Positions 1-13,710 of a stretch of DNA of 64,000 nt are shown here, in pieces. The translations under genes were made by a program, and so were the position numbers. The DNA lies in assembly GCA_951406725.2 (NCBI GenBank), contig OX597820.1:99696001-99760000 (forward strand), written 5' to 3'. Origin of the DNA: Octopus vulgaris. Its lineage: Eukaryota. The notes below the pieces were generated by a model. The model was not told where the DNA came from. It saw only the letters and a list, made by a program, of their open reading frames with translations, and ran no database searches. Each line of letters opens with the position of its first letter. The stretch's first letter is position 1.

Positions 1-837
1 CGCACAAAAAAAAAAAAAAAACCAGAAATCAACGCAAAAACAAAAATAATACCATAAACCACCAACATTTATTTCTCGAGGGAGTATTCATTGATTTATG
101 TGACGTCAACTTCACTTACAAATAAAACGACAAAAACAGTAAATCTCCGTCAGTGAAGTCATACGGGTATTTTAAGAATGGTTGATTTAATTTGAAGAAA
201 CAACTATATTTTTATCATACTATTTGACCTGCAGCGATTATAGCTTGCTTGATAAAATCTCTATCAAATTATAACATGACGCGATATGGCAGTTATTAAA
301 TTCATGGAGAAAACAAAATTTTACTCTCAAACTCATTCATTTTCGACTAAATTTGAATACCTATACTTATATGTATACAAAAGAAAGCGATCTAGTGGAG
401 TGGATAATGTACGTGTCATGAGATCACGCCCACATTAACATATTTCCTAATTCTACTATTATCGATATCCATATGGCAAGTGTAAGTAGTAGAACTGAAA
501 AATATTGTGAACAAGAAGCTGTTGCCTATTAGCTTGGACATTTACTTTTTATCCAATTAATACTAAAGAGAATAGAGTTAAGACCAAGCCACTCAGAGCT
601 CTTCGTTCATCTCATGGATTTTATCACTTATAACCACACTTATATTTCAGTTGAACGCCACAAAACTAATTTTCACTTCCCTTCACACACACACACACGC
701 GCATACACACACGTGTATATATGTATGTGTGCGTGTGCGTGTGTGTAAGTGTACGTATGTATGTATGAATGTGTGTATGCATGGATGTATTCATTCTTTT
801 ATTCTTTTACATGTTCTCGCCCTAAGGCTGTGGCCAT

Positions 838-912
<75 letters not shown>

Positions 913-933
913 AATGTGTGTTTATATATATAA

Positions 934-1002
<69 letters not shown>

Positions 1003-1010
1003 TGTATGAA

Positions 1011-1407
1011 GGCGGCGAGCTGGGGCAGGAACGTTAGCACGTCAGGCGAAATGCTTAGCGGTATTTCGTCTGCCGCTACGTTCTGAGTTCAAATTCCGCC
1101 GAGGTCGATTTTCCCTTTCATCCTTTCGGGATCGATTAAATAAGTACCAGTTACGCACTGGGGTCGATGTAATCGACTTAATCCGTTTGTCTGTCCTTGT
1201 TTGTCCTCTCTGTGTTTAGCCCCTTGTGGGTAGTAAAGAAATAGGTATTTCGTCTGTCTTTACCTTCTGAGTTCAAATTCCGCCGAGGTCGACTTTGCCT
1301 TTCATCCTTTTAGGGTCGATTAATTAAGTGCCAGTTGGGTACTGGGGTCGATGTAATCGACTGACTCCCTCCCCCAAAATTTCTAGCCTTGTGCCTAGAG
1401 TAGAAAA
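1011..1407 (+). mobile_element. tRNA-derived SINE family A, dimeric copy
   Basis: Head GGCGGCGAGCTGG, B-box GAGTTCAAATTCC and core GTCGACTTTGCCTTTCATCCTTTCGGGGTCGAT; the body is repeated from about 1245 with a second tail; many copies in the window. Confidence 0.9.
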
Positions 1408-1915
1408 TAATATATGTATATATATATATATTTTTAAAGTGAAAACTGCCATAATAAACACATTGTTTATTATGGTAGTTTTGACTTTAGGAGTCCATCC
1501 TAGCGCGTATGGGATTCTGGGATACCGACGTTTTCACATGTATCTCGTCAGCGATGAATTTTCGGACAGCTAAGCCTCAACAAAGTCGTCGGTTTTGTTT
1601 ATACTTTCATAGATTAGATTATTTGTATCTGCCAACGGATAAAAAATGTTTGTGTTCGGTTGGCAGATATAAACACCAATCAGCAAACAATGGTCCGATT
1701 ATTTCTGGATGGAACACCAGTGTTCCAGGATCGTGTACACCAGTGAACCGACTGTGTTGGACGCTCTCACGTCGTGAAAGGAAGTTATTCTATAACCTGC
1801 ACTACAGCTATATTTTGCGCGTGAAATATCCTGGAGGTATTAAGAATGACTATACAACGATCGTATGTGTGTGTGTATGTGTGTGTATGTGTGTATACAT
1901 GTATATATATATATG

Positions 1916-2010
<95 letters not shown>

Positions 2011-2256
2011 TCGAAACACGCATTGAGTCGAAACAGGGGCAGCTGAAGAAGGGGTATTTTCCTTGCATTGTTTGTCTTGTACTCTGTTTTTTCGTTGTTA
2101 AAAAAAGTCCGTTTCCTTGTTTGATTTTGTTTTCGTTTCTCGTTGTGTTCTACGTTTATTTGTGGTGTCCTGTACTCATATATGCATGTATATATACATA
2201 TAGATGTAGGTATGTACATATATCTATGTATGCATATGTTTTATTTATTAAATTGT

Positions 2257-2299
<43 letters not shown>

Positions 2300-2824
2300 A
2301 AACAGGGGTATAGAAGCCACTTAAGGCACTAAGATTGAATGGTCTATTATTTCCTTAAAGGCGGCAAATAAAGAAAGTATCTTTCATTTAAAAGGATATG
2401 GTATTGATTTAACTACAATATATACGAAACCAAAAAAGTTTGCTTCTATTACCGACGCTTAAAGGAATGAACGCGTGAATAAATCATTCATCTTGATTTA
2501 AATACGTTTGAGGTCAGACTGGCGCATTCTTTTGAGGCTTCTTTGATAGTTACTAAATAATGCAACAATAGCCTTCGTCATACATACTTACATGCATACA
2601 TACATGCATACATACTTACATAAATACCTACATAAATACATACATACATATATAAATATGTATGTATTTATAGGTATATCGTTACATAAACATATTTATA
2701 TATTTATATATATAAAGCAATTTATAATTATAATGTAATTCTTCTTCTTCTTCTTCTCCTTCTTCTTCTTCTTCTTCTTCTTCTTCTTCTTCTTCTTCTT
2801 CTTCTTCTACTCCTGCTGCTGCTT

Positions 2825-2893
<69 letters not shown>

Positions 2894-2934
2894 GTCAATA
2901 TAAACAACAATGGTGTTTATTGATAGATAAATTG

Positions 2935-3052
2935 AGGACGCTGGATCGACACAATCGTTAGAGGGTAGTAAGAAATTTTTGTTAGTATTTCTTCCGATTC
3001 TGAGTTCAAATTCTCCTGAAGTCAACTTTACTTTCCGTCCTTTCCAGGTCGA
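2935..3052 (+). mobile_element. Degenerate SINE family A fragment
   Basis: TTCTGAGTTCAAATTC...GTCAACTTTACTTTCCGTCCTTTCCAGGTCGAT resembles the family A core. Confidence 0.65.
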
Positions 3053-3184
3053 TATCCAATGCCCATCAAAATTACTGGCCACATCTCAAAATCAGAAACC
3101 CGTAGAATTACGCACTCACACGCGAACACACATCTGATAATACTCATACACACGTGAACATACAGAAACACACACGCAAACACA

Positions 3185-3248
<64 letters not shown>

Positions 3249-3599
3249 AAAGAGGGAAAGGACAAAAATATATAAGAAAAGATAACACTAAAAAGAAATC
3301 AACAAAATCTTTCAATTTCACGAGGAAAAAATTTGTTTGATGCTCAGGAAATAGGAAGTGTTTACCGTGTCGTTTCTGAGACACAGCCCTATTCAATAAC
3401 ATTTTGATTCGGCTTCATTCAACTTCTCGTAGTCTTGTCCATAGAACCTAACTTGGACTGCTATTGGTTAACACAGATCACATGGTGTTATTAATATAGT
3501 GTTATTTACATCGAAGCTACATCCTAGCTTTCTAATATATACATATACACATATACACATGTATATATGCACAAGTGTATATACACATATACACATACA

Positions 3600-3782
3600 C
3601 GGGGAGAATTCACACACAAAAAAAAATAACAGAATACAAAGACAGATGGTGTAGACAACAAACAGATGTATTAGTTTAACGCTCGGGAAATGAAAAAGTC
3701 TTTAACGTTTCGAGCTTACGCTCTTCCACAGAAAGGAACACAGAAAGAAACAGGGAGAAAAAATAAAGAATGTGTAGTTTAG
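3600..3782 (-). mobile_element. Short non-coding element with a variant hammerhead motif (PLE pLTR/retrozyme-like)
   Basis: Minus strand cttt-CTGTGGA-a-gagc-gtaa-gctc-GAAAC-GTT-aaag; homologous to 37160-37325. Confidence 0.7.
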
Positions 3783-3829
3783 ACACACACACGCATAGAC
3801 ACACCCATATATATGTATGCACATACGTC

Positions 3830-3870
<41 letters not shown>

Positions 3871-4139
3871 GGTTGGAAAAGGCTGACAGTAACTCCTTGT
3901 AATCCTGCGTGATTGAGATCCTACAATGGTGTTACTGGTTAAGCTGCTGATAGTCTGGTCAGGAAACAGTACTGCTTTACCTGTGACACATCACTTTTTA
4001 AGTTAACTTACAAACGATACTTTAGTAGAGACAAATTTTTTATTCATATTATATATATTTGGGATGACTGCAAATTTCAAGTTTTGCCTGAAGCTTCTCA
4101 TACAGGTAATCTGCTTAATATATGCAAGCGTATACATAT

Positions 4140-4186
<47 letters not shown>

Positions 4187-4699
4187 CATACATACAAATA
4201 TGTATAATATATATATATATATATATATATATTTACACACACACGCATAGACTCACCCATATACATTTATACACATACGTCCAAACATATATATATATAC
4301 ACACCCACGACATACGCACAGAAGTACACATGCGTACGCGCGGTCGCACACACACATATTTCTGCAATGTAGGCCTTGTGTTTTATTCTCTGTATAAAAC
4401 AACCCGGCGATATTTCACAGCGATAGATCACATAAGTTGAGTTTGATCAATTTATGGGAATTGTTTTAACAGATGCACTCGCTTTAATACATTTTAATAT
4501 GAGATGAACTAGAAGCTAAGCTCTAAGCTACTGCCATATAAAGGTTATTAAAGATAGATATTTCTCTTTTACGATTAGGAGAACATTCCATTGACTCTAG
4601 GGTGTGAACAGCTGTCATTTTGACAGGCATTATTTTTGTTTAGCTGGCGTGTTGTTTGCCGACACTTCATCCATCCACGCATACATACACAGATCGTAC

Positions 4700-5203
4700 A
4701 AGTAGCATCAAGGTTTGGGACAAGTCCCTTCAGGATCTTCCAGATGTATATTACGGTATATCTTTCGAGGGAGTAATTTCTCTGCTGCACAGAGGCTATT
4801 TTCGTCGAATTGCCTCAAGTTCTGCAATCAATTTTACGCTGGTTGGTGACCGTAGCTCGGAGTAGTAGCGAAAGCGGCTTAGGATAAATGTCCCCAAGAG
4901 GACCATCATGGTTTTCTGATCTCTCGTTTTAAAAGTTCTAAGAATCCATCCGGTCAGCCGCCTGCATTTCCTTGCCAATTTAGCAACATGCACATGGAAG
5001 GATGCATCATTACTCATGTAAATGCCCAGGTCTCACACTCACTGTTTCTATGAAATTGTAATCCCTTCAGATCCTGTGTATTTAATTGGTATTGCATTTA
5101 GTTTTGCATGCTGATAGCATAGAGCTTGAAGTTTTTCGGTATTAAACTGCATGGTATTCTTCTTAGCCCACTTGTATATTTCATCTAACTTACGTTTCAG
5201 GTG
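4700..5203 (-). mobile_element. CR1/Jockey-like LINE RT C-terminal fragment
   Basis: Peptides GWILRTFKTRD, LIAELEAIRRK and YSLERY..IYIWKIL typical of the region after RT; frameshifted. Confidence 0.75.
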
Positions 5204-5213
5204 CATATATATA

Positions 5214-5630
5214 TGGTAAATTATTGAGAAATCTGCAGTTGCTCTATCCAGATTACAAGTTCAGGTTTATACCTTTAATTATTGAGGTACTGGGATATGT
5301 AACACACTGCCTAAATACCAATCTTGAGAAATTAGGCTTCTCAAAATTAGAAAGGAGAAAGCTGATTCGAAACCTACAGATCCAATCCATCACTGGAACA
5401 GTAAAAACCTGTAAAACTTTTCAGAAATTTATCGTTTATATGAGCATGTCTAGATATACAACTATATGCATGAAAATACATACATAAAGCAAAACATACA
5501 AAGCTGCACATATACATACATGCAAAAATACCCTGTCATGTTGTTGAAATTCTAATGAAGGAGCCTTGGATTTAGGTAAGAAACCGGCACTTCATTGGCA
5601 AGAAATCTTGAAATAAAACTGAATAATGAC
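5214..5630 (+). mobile_element. RLE-type (R4/Dong-like) non-LTR retrotransposon 3' end
   Basis: LLYPDYKFRFIPLII...GTVKTCKTF; homologous to 12241-12930; ends at CATA repeats. Confidence 0.75.
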
Positions 5631-5699
5631 ATACATAGATGCATGAATCCATCCATCCATCCATCCATCCATCCATCCATCCATCCATACATACATACA

Positions 5700-5965
5700 T
5701 AATGACGATGGCCGTCCACTCGTGACCGAAGAAAACCATTATGCTCAAGACTACTGTATACTTTACACTTGCAGCTCCGTTGGTAACTAACGAGACCTGC
5801 TCTTGACAAACATACATGACTGCAAATATTGCAGACCAAGCTTTCCCCATTCATTATACTAGCAGTGCGTTTTCGAGCAGCATACTTAAATTCTTCATGA
5901 AGAATACGTGCTCTTTCAAAGGCATCGACTCCCTTCTTTACTGCTTCTTTCATTTGTGGCGATGA
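5700..5965 (-). mobile_element. RTE LINE 3' end
   Basis: C-terminal zinc-finger-like CNICSHVCLSRAGLVSYQRSC followed by a short UTR and a (TATG/GATG)n tail. Confidence 0.75.
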
Positions 5966-5970
5966 CAAGC

Positions 5971-6024
<54 letters not shown>

Positions 6025-6099
6025 TCTTTTACTCTCTTTTACTGGTTTAAGTCATTTGACTGTAGCCATACTCGTGTGTTCCTTTTCATCCTTATACAT

Positions 6100-6586
6100 C
6101 TATATATATAAAACTGTAGTTGTGTGAGTGTCTGTTCCCTTCGATTTAGATTCCTAACTACTCCCACATTTTGCGGTGCAGTTTAACCAAATTCGGGTAT
6201 CTTATAGTCGTGATTCATATCGAGCCCGTCTGGGTATTAGCGCGCGTCTACAATGAGTCTACGATTTTAAAAATAATTTAACATCATTTTTTATTCCATT
6301 TTAATGCATATTTTTTCGTGTGTCGATGGCGGCGGAGTTGGCGTCCACGCTCACACCTGCACCTGTGGGGAAGGGAGTGTAAATAAATCAACGTCGTAAT
6401 GCGTTGTCAAGGAAACCAGCGTTCTTTTAGAACAACGACTTCATGGCTTGAAGACACCAAGACAGAAATGGCTAAGAAAGCGTCTACATGAGTCTACGAT
6501 TTAAAAAAAAAATTTACCATCATTTTTTTCATTTTAATGCATTTTTCGCTATTATATAAGGGAAGTAACTCTCTAAAAATGTCTAC
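6100..6586 (+). mobile_element. Non-autonomous Helitron, 3'-truncated, with internal duplication and filler
   Basis: Starts A|TCTATATATATAAAA; closely matches the complete copy at 28405-28706. Confidence 0.8.
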
Positions 6587-7399
6587 ATACATACATACAT
6601 AGATACATACATACATACATACATACATACATACATACATCCATACAGTTTAAGATATTGTACATTTATAAAGTGTAAGCTACTGCAAATAACGCGACTG
6701 ATTATGTAAGTCAACCCACAGAATTTCCATTTAAAACGTCAACTTACCACTCGGAATATTTCGCAGCAATATCTATTTTATCATAAAGTATGTATGCTAT
6801 AATAATATGTTATAAATGTTGAAGTTGCTTCAATGTATGAAATATTTTCACAAGATAGAGGTACGTTGTTTATGGTATGTTTTAGTACGGTTTGAAATAA
6901 AACCTAACATTGTAACCTACAGTTGTTATAAAGGTTATCAAGGCTAAAGGGTATTTTTTCCGATAAGAACCACATTGCAATATTCACAGAGACAGTGGAG
7001 TTCGGTGTTAGGCGTTGGTTATTGTTATTGGGACTAAAATGGTGTTTAGTACATTATTAATAGAGGAAAGAGAGAGGAAGCGAGAGAGAGGAGGGAGGGA
7101 GAGGGAGTGAATGAGGGAGCGAGGGAGAGGGAGTGAATGAGGGAGCGAGGGAGAGCGAGGGAAGGAACGCGTGGCAGAGAGGGGGACGTGTACATGAAAG
7201 TCGCACTTATATAGCGGACACAGTCTTACCCTCATATACATACATATATGCATACATATATATACATATATATACACACGCACAGACATATACATATAAA
7301 AAATATATACATACATATACATATACTCACACGCGTACACATTCACACAATTAAAAAGGAAAAATGAATATATATATATATATAAATTTTAAAGATGTT

Positions 7400-8036
7400 A
7401 AGACATATGGAAAGTTTGTGCAGGAACATAGTAAAAACGCAGATTCTATCCATGATGTTGAGGGACACAAAACCATAACAGGTATTTTGTCATGAATTTT
7501 GTCTTGAATTTAGACATGTAGCGGGGTCAAAGGAACTTTTCCAGATGAACCATATTTCCATATTACAAAGACAGCACTTGCCACTACCGTTGGTATAAGG
7601 TTTACACCTGGCCAAGATCTTCCAATAAATTCTATAGCTGACACCTTGTTCCTTGAAGAACCATATAAGACTGGATAATTTGGTAGTTTTTCGTTTATCC
7701 CAGTGTGTGAAGCTTAAGGTGTGATTGTTGAACCTTGCTTTGAATTTTCCCTCCGTGAAAACCACATAACTCTTTGACGAAGCTGTGTTATTAGCCGTAG
7801 AATTTACGGTGGCTTCATAAAAATGGCCTCGCTTATACAAGCTCTGTTTAGTGGGCACAAGTATTTATCCCTGTAGGAACAGCCGGCTTCGTGTTGTGTT
7901 GCATTGTGTATAATTATGTTTTTAAAATTTGGGGTTGAACTAAGACTAATTTATAGGTTATGTCTATTAAAGAGTTTACTATATTTAAGATGTATTGGAA
8001 AATGTCTATCGATAAGTGAAAAAAACTATTTACCAA
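7400..8036 (-). mobile_element. Penelope-like element GIY-YIG endonuclease remnant
   Basis: SYVVFTEGKFKARFNNHTLSF...LSSLIW...IYWKIL...PY...CCLCNME...LNSR. Confidence 0.8.
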
Positions 8037-8038
8037 TA

Positions 8039-9307
8039 TCAGGTTGGTGCAAAGATTATGACCGATGTTTTAGAAAATAGTTTCAGATAGTATTTTTTAA
8101 AATTGTGCCTCTTACAATGTTTTAAGAATGTCACAATTAGTAATTTATACATTTTTTCTTTAAATTTTGATTGTATTGGGCATAATCTTCTGCTATATTC
8201 GCAGCCACGTTTGTCCCATCTAAAGATCATATTAGACATATCTTATTCTATGAGTTTCATAAAGGTATCAATGTAAGCATAGCAGCAAAGTCTCTTCAGA
8301 GAGTTTATGGGGAGGATGTAGTGAGTGAAAATTGCAGGAGATGGCTTCCTCGCTTCAGAAGTGGGGATTTGAGTTTGAAAGACGAGCCAAAAGAAGGTCG
8401 TTCAAAACAACTTGATTCCGAAGCGTTGGAAGCTGTTGTCACAAAAAATCCAACCGCTATTTGTAGAGAACTTGCAGAACAGTTTAACGTAGCCAATGCA
8501 ACTGTTCTACACCAACTGAAAAGGATCAGAAACGTTTCAGTGGTTGAAAATTGGGTCCCACACGAACTGTCTCCAGAGAATCTGCAACAGTGTGTTGTTT
8601 GTTGTCAGTCATTGCTTTCAAGACGCCTTAAGAAACCATTTTTAGGAAGGCTTGTTACAGGTGATGAGCGGTGGATCATTTACCATAACGTTAAACACTG
8701 CCGATCGTGGATCAGTCGAGGAGGAAGACCTGTTGAACAATCAAGAGGAGGACTTCATTCAAGGAAGATCATGTTGAGTGTATGGTGGGATACTGAAGGA
8801 ATTGTCCATTACAAATTATTAGACAACAATTAAACAATTACTGTTAATCTCTACTGTGATCAACTTCATAGTTTGAAAACTGCTTTGAACAGAAAGCGAT
8901 CCTGCTTAGTCAACAAAATGGGTGTCATTTTCCACCATGATAACGCTCGTCCTCATACAGCTCGACTGACCATAGATCTCTTGGGAAAGTTTGGTTGGGA
9001 AATATTGCTTCATTCTCCATATTCTCCAGACCATGTTCTTCCTGATTATCACTTGTCTCGGGGACTACAGAACCATTTGAATGGTCTTAGCTTGACATCA
9101 AGAGAAGAGGTTGAACATGAGTTAGGTTCACATTTCGCATCAAAACCTAAACAGTTTTACAAGCGTGACATTTATAAGCTTGTTAACAAATAGCATGAAG
9201 TTCTAGAAAGCAATGGAAATTATGTTAACGAATAAATGTTTTAATCATGGGCTTTTTCATTTTTAATAGAGTCCTTAAAATCGGCTATTACTTTTGCACC
9301 AACCGGA
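8039..9307 (+). mobile_element. Full-length decayed mariner (DD34D) with Hsmar1/cecropia-like TIRs
   Basis: Imperfect TIRs TCAGGTTGGTGCAAAG and CTTTTGCACCAACCGGA, TA on both sides, 1269 bp. Confidence 0.93.
8200..9235 (+). pseudogene. mariner transposase pseudogene
   Basis: WVPHEL, VTGDERW, HHDNARPH and YSPD motifs; in-frame stops at 8831 and 9191. Confidence 0.9.

Positions 9308-9400
<93 letters not shown>
9308..9400. repeat. (ATCT)n microsatellite
   Basis: Direct read; abuts the right TSD of the mariner. Confidence 0.95.
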
Positions 9401-9402
<2 letters not shown>

Positions 9403-9516
9403 ATATATATATATATATACATATGTATGTTTGTGTATGTATGCATAAATGTATATATATGTATATATATATATATACATACACATATGTATGTTTGTGT
9501 ATGTATAAATGTATAA

Positions 9517-9568
<52 letters not shown>

Positions 9569-9631
9569 GTGTGTGTGTGTATATATGTGTGTGTCCATAA
9601 ATATGCATGGATATACAAATATATATAAATG

Positions 9632-9698
<67 letters not shown>

Positions 9699-10021
9699 GC
9701 ATATAAAATATTTAAAAGGATTTATTTAGATAATTCACGTACTCAATGTTCCATAATAGATATTTAAAAAATATTTAAAAAATAAATATCTATGATTTCA
9801 TCGTCATTGAAATGATAGATATTACATTTTAAGTATATTTTTAAATATCTAATACAGAAAAATGAGTGATATCTAAATAAACCCTTTTAAATATTTTATC
9901 GTATTACGATTTTTCTTTTGCGATATTAATTGATTGATGAACCAATAAGTGTGTGAGTGTGCACGTGCGAGAGTATGTATGCATATATGTATGCATGTAA
10001 GTATGTATATATGTATGTATG

Positions 10022-11545
10022 TTTTGCCTAAGTTTTGTTTTTCTAAAAGTAAATCATGAATTTCTGGAGATTTGTCTGAAAACCAGTCACTGGACTTACA
10101 ATATTTAAATTCCGCTGAAGAACTTGCAGCCTGAAATACTTTTGCTTTGAAATCTTCCCATAGATTGATACTATCTATTGTGGAATCTTCGCAAGTTGCT
10201 TGGTGATTTGAAGTTTGCAACATTTAACTTTTTGGGTACCTTAGGACCAGACTGTCGACTTTTAGGCATTATCGAAAAATTTATTTTTCTACGCACTAGA
10301 CGATGGTCAGTCCAGCTCTCTGCTCCTCTCTTGGCCTGAATACTAGAAACATCTTTCATATCACGCCTTATGATAAAAAATATAACCTATGAGATGCCAA
10401 TGCTTAGATCTTGGGTGCATCCAGGTGGTTTTATATTTAATTTTCTGCTTAAACAGAGTGTTGGTAACAACCAGATTATTCTCAGTACAAAACATCAAAA
10501 AAGCTACCCCATTTTTATTACATTTCCAATCCCAGGTCGGCCTAAAACAGGCCATGAAGTGTAGTCATTTTCAACTCTTTCGTTGGAATCTCCCAATATC
10601 ACCAGCTTGTCAGAAATTGGTACTTTCCTCAATAATTGTACTAGATCATCCTAAAACTGTCCTACAGTTACATCAGAATGAAACATTGTTGGTGCATACA
10701 TACTGACAACGGTAAGAAACCTACTTTTTGTCAGTTTTATACGGCATGACGTGGTTCGTTCAGATATACCACTTGGAAATTCTGCAACGGAGGATACTGA
10801 GTTCTTGAGAGCAAACCCAATACCAGATTCTCTACGCTGATCCTCAGGTAGGCCTCTCCAGAAGATAATATATCCATAAGTAGGTTCATTTATTTGACAC
10901 TCACTAGAGAGACGAGTTTTAGAGAGCACAGCTATATCAAAGAAATATTTTAAAGCTCACCTGCAATAAACATTTCTGGCCTCTTGTAGAAATCATCATT
11001 TTGAAGTGTGCACACATTCCAACAAACAAAATTCAGAGGGTATCTATATTTTTTCCTTCTTGAAGATTGTTTGACCACAGTGGCAGGATGACAGACTGGG
11101 ACACCTGCCGAGTCAACCCTGTTCCCCTGACGTTCCTAAACTTTTTTTTGCCATTTACTGAATCTGCTTGAAACATTTCTGAGTAAGTTGCAAGTGCATT
11201 TTTAGGTTTCTGCCAACTAATTCAGTGATTTTACTAAGATTTGGTGTACAAGAAATACCTGTGCAGATGAATAATTTTCAGTGGGTGTAGATTGTATTAC
11301 CATGCCTCCACCTATTGGTAAAAAAAAACTTTCGCCGGTGTGACATGAGAATTGACCAAACCGGGAACTTCCTAGGCCGCAAGGTTTATTTTGGAGATTT
11401 CCTTCTCCTAGGTAGATTACCAACCAAGATTAAAGAGCTTCTACCTGCCCATGAGGTAGGCTATCCTGTGTCAGATACCAAACCGACACTCAAACGCTCC
11501 ATAGAGTGATTAAATATCATTCCAGTGGCCGACGCGGAGCATCTC
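10022..11545 (-). mobile_element. RTE (BovB-like) LINE 5' portion: UTR plus APE endonuclease, degenerate
   Basis: LSKTRL..GYIIFWRG..RESGIGFA, VSMYAPT, TNTLFKQK..TTWMHPRSKHWHLI and WTDHRLV motifs across frameshifts. Confidence 0.9.
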
Positions 11546-11623
11546 ATACATACATGACAAAAACTTTTAAAAAAGTAAAATATATGTAATTTAAAAATAT
11601 AAATAATATATATATTTAATATA

Positions 11624-11658
<35 letters not shown>

Positions 11659-12107
11659 AAAATATACATATCTATTTACATATACGTTGTTTAGAGGATG
11701 AGATTGCTTCTTTTCTAGTCCTTTACTCACTTTAAAAAAGCTTCAGACTCAAACTTCGCTTGATTTTGAACATCTCTATTAAATATTGTATGATATGGCT
11801 TCCGTAGCCGAAAAAAGAAAGAAAAGAAAAACGCTCCATAAAAAATTCCACGATGAAATGAATGCATGTGCAAGCATGGGTGATAATTCTCAGAATACTT
11901 GCTGTAAGAGGTGCCCATCGTTGCCGCATTTGTGCAAAAGAGTGTAGGGTCTTTGTTGGGGCTGAAATTGCACACAAGCGCTGCTTTAAGAGAACAATAA
12001 AGCTATGGCACAACTCAAAATCGAGTTGTAGCCATCAATTATGTATGTATGTATGTTTTTGTGCATGCATATATGCATGTATGTATATATGTATGTATGT
12101 GTGTATA

Positions 12108-12231
<124 letters not shown>

Positions 12232-12240
12232 TGTGTGCAT

Positions 12241-12930
12241 GGATGTTCTAATTCGGTTTTATTTCAAGTGATTTTACCAATAGATAAAGAGCCGGTTTCA
12301 AACCCAGATCCAAGGCTCTTTCATTGGAATTTCAAGAACATCAACAAAGTATTTTTGTATGTATGTATGTATGTATGTATGTATACGTGCAGAATTCTAT
12401 TTTTGCTTTATGCATGTATTCTCATGTATGTAGTTTCATGTTTAGGCATGCTCATATATACTTAAATGATAAACTTCTGGAAAGTTTTACAGACTTATAC
12501 ATTTCCAGTGGATCTGTAGTCTTCGAATCAACTTTCTCCGTTCTGGTTCTGAGAAGCCTAATTTCTCAAGATTGGTATTTAGGCAGTGTTATTTCTCAAG
12601 ATTGGTATTTATCCCATAACTCCAATAATTACAGGTATAAACCTGAACTTGTAATCTGGGTAAAGTAGCTTTAGATTCTTCAATAATTCAGCGTAGATAT
12701 TTTCTTTTTCGCTTATCTTTATCTTTATGTTAACATTCACCGGGCAGCTGATTTTCACAACTGTATACAGTTTCTCTTCTGTGACCCAAATTACTATGTC
12801 AGGCCTATTATGTTTACATTTTATTGAGGTTTTCACTGGGGCATTCCACCAGTACACTTTTTTATTATGAGTGACTATGGCTTCTACCATACTATAGGTT
12901 CTTATTTCTTTGGCCTCAGGGTTATCCTTC
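12241..12930 (-). mobile_element. RLE-type (R4/Dong-like) non-LTR 3' fragment
   Basis: YWWNAPVKT..HNRPDIVIW..ISCP..EKENIY, a restriction-like endonuclease motif, plus 3' UTR. Confidence 0.85.
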
Positions 12931-13336
12931 CGACATACATCCATACATACGTACGTACGTGTGTGTGTGTGTTTGTGTGTATGTGTGTGTGTGTATGTAT
13001 GTATATCTGCATGTTCGTATGCATGTAAGTTTCTAGGGTGCTATATGTACTGTAAGAGGAAAAGAGGTATAACTGATTAAAACAAAGGGGGTGGGGAGTT
13101 ATTTAGTGGTAGAATAGAAAACTTAAAATAGAAAGGCAGCCACTTGAGACACTTGAGAAGCACTGTATATCTTTATAAGTGGTGTTGAGTTAACGTAACC
13201 GGTATATTTGGGTTTGATAAAGTTAGAAAGGAGACTGAGGCGCTGCGTGTTGATAAGTAAATGGAGGCAAGCGATTCAAAGGGCAAACACTTTAGACGAA
13301 GAGGGAAGGGAAGTTTCAGTAAAAATGAGGCTAAAA

Positions 13337-13391
<55 letters not shown>

Positions 13392-13434
13392 GCATGCATA
13401 TAATATATATCTGTGTGTATATGTATATATATAA

Positions 13435-13485
<51 letters not shown>

Positions 13486-13519
13486 AATATGTGTATATAT
13501 ATGTATGTTTATATATATA

Positions 13520-13550
<31 letters not shown>

Positions 13551-13710
13551 ATGCGTGTATGTGTACGTTTGTGTGTGTGTGAATTTGTACATACATGCAC
13601 ACAGAGAAACACAATAAAGATTTTGAGAGGGTATAAATGAAAAAATGAATAAATAAAATAAAGAGAAAGAATTAGTAAACAAAGATTTAAGAAATGCATA
13701 TTTATAAATA

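Noticed and set aside
101-108. CRE palindrome TGACGTCA
   Set aside because: One 8-mer in 64 kb is expected by chance; no promoter context.
2009-2070. Hammerhead-like words (two CGAAAC and one CTGAAGA)
   Set aside because: Order and stems do not give a foldable hammerhead; at most a decayed pLTR.
1509-2300. Longest ORF (263 aa)
   Set aside because: No recognisable domain; its length comes from read-through across (TG)n/(TA)n.
8321-9193. Domesticated SETMAR-like gene
   Set aside because: In-frame stops, both TIRs present and no SET exon.
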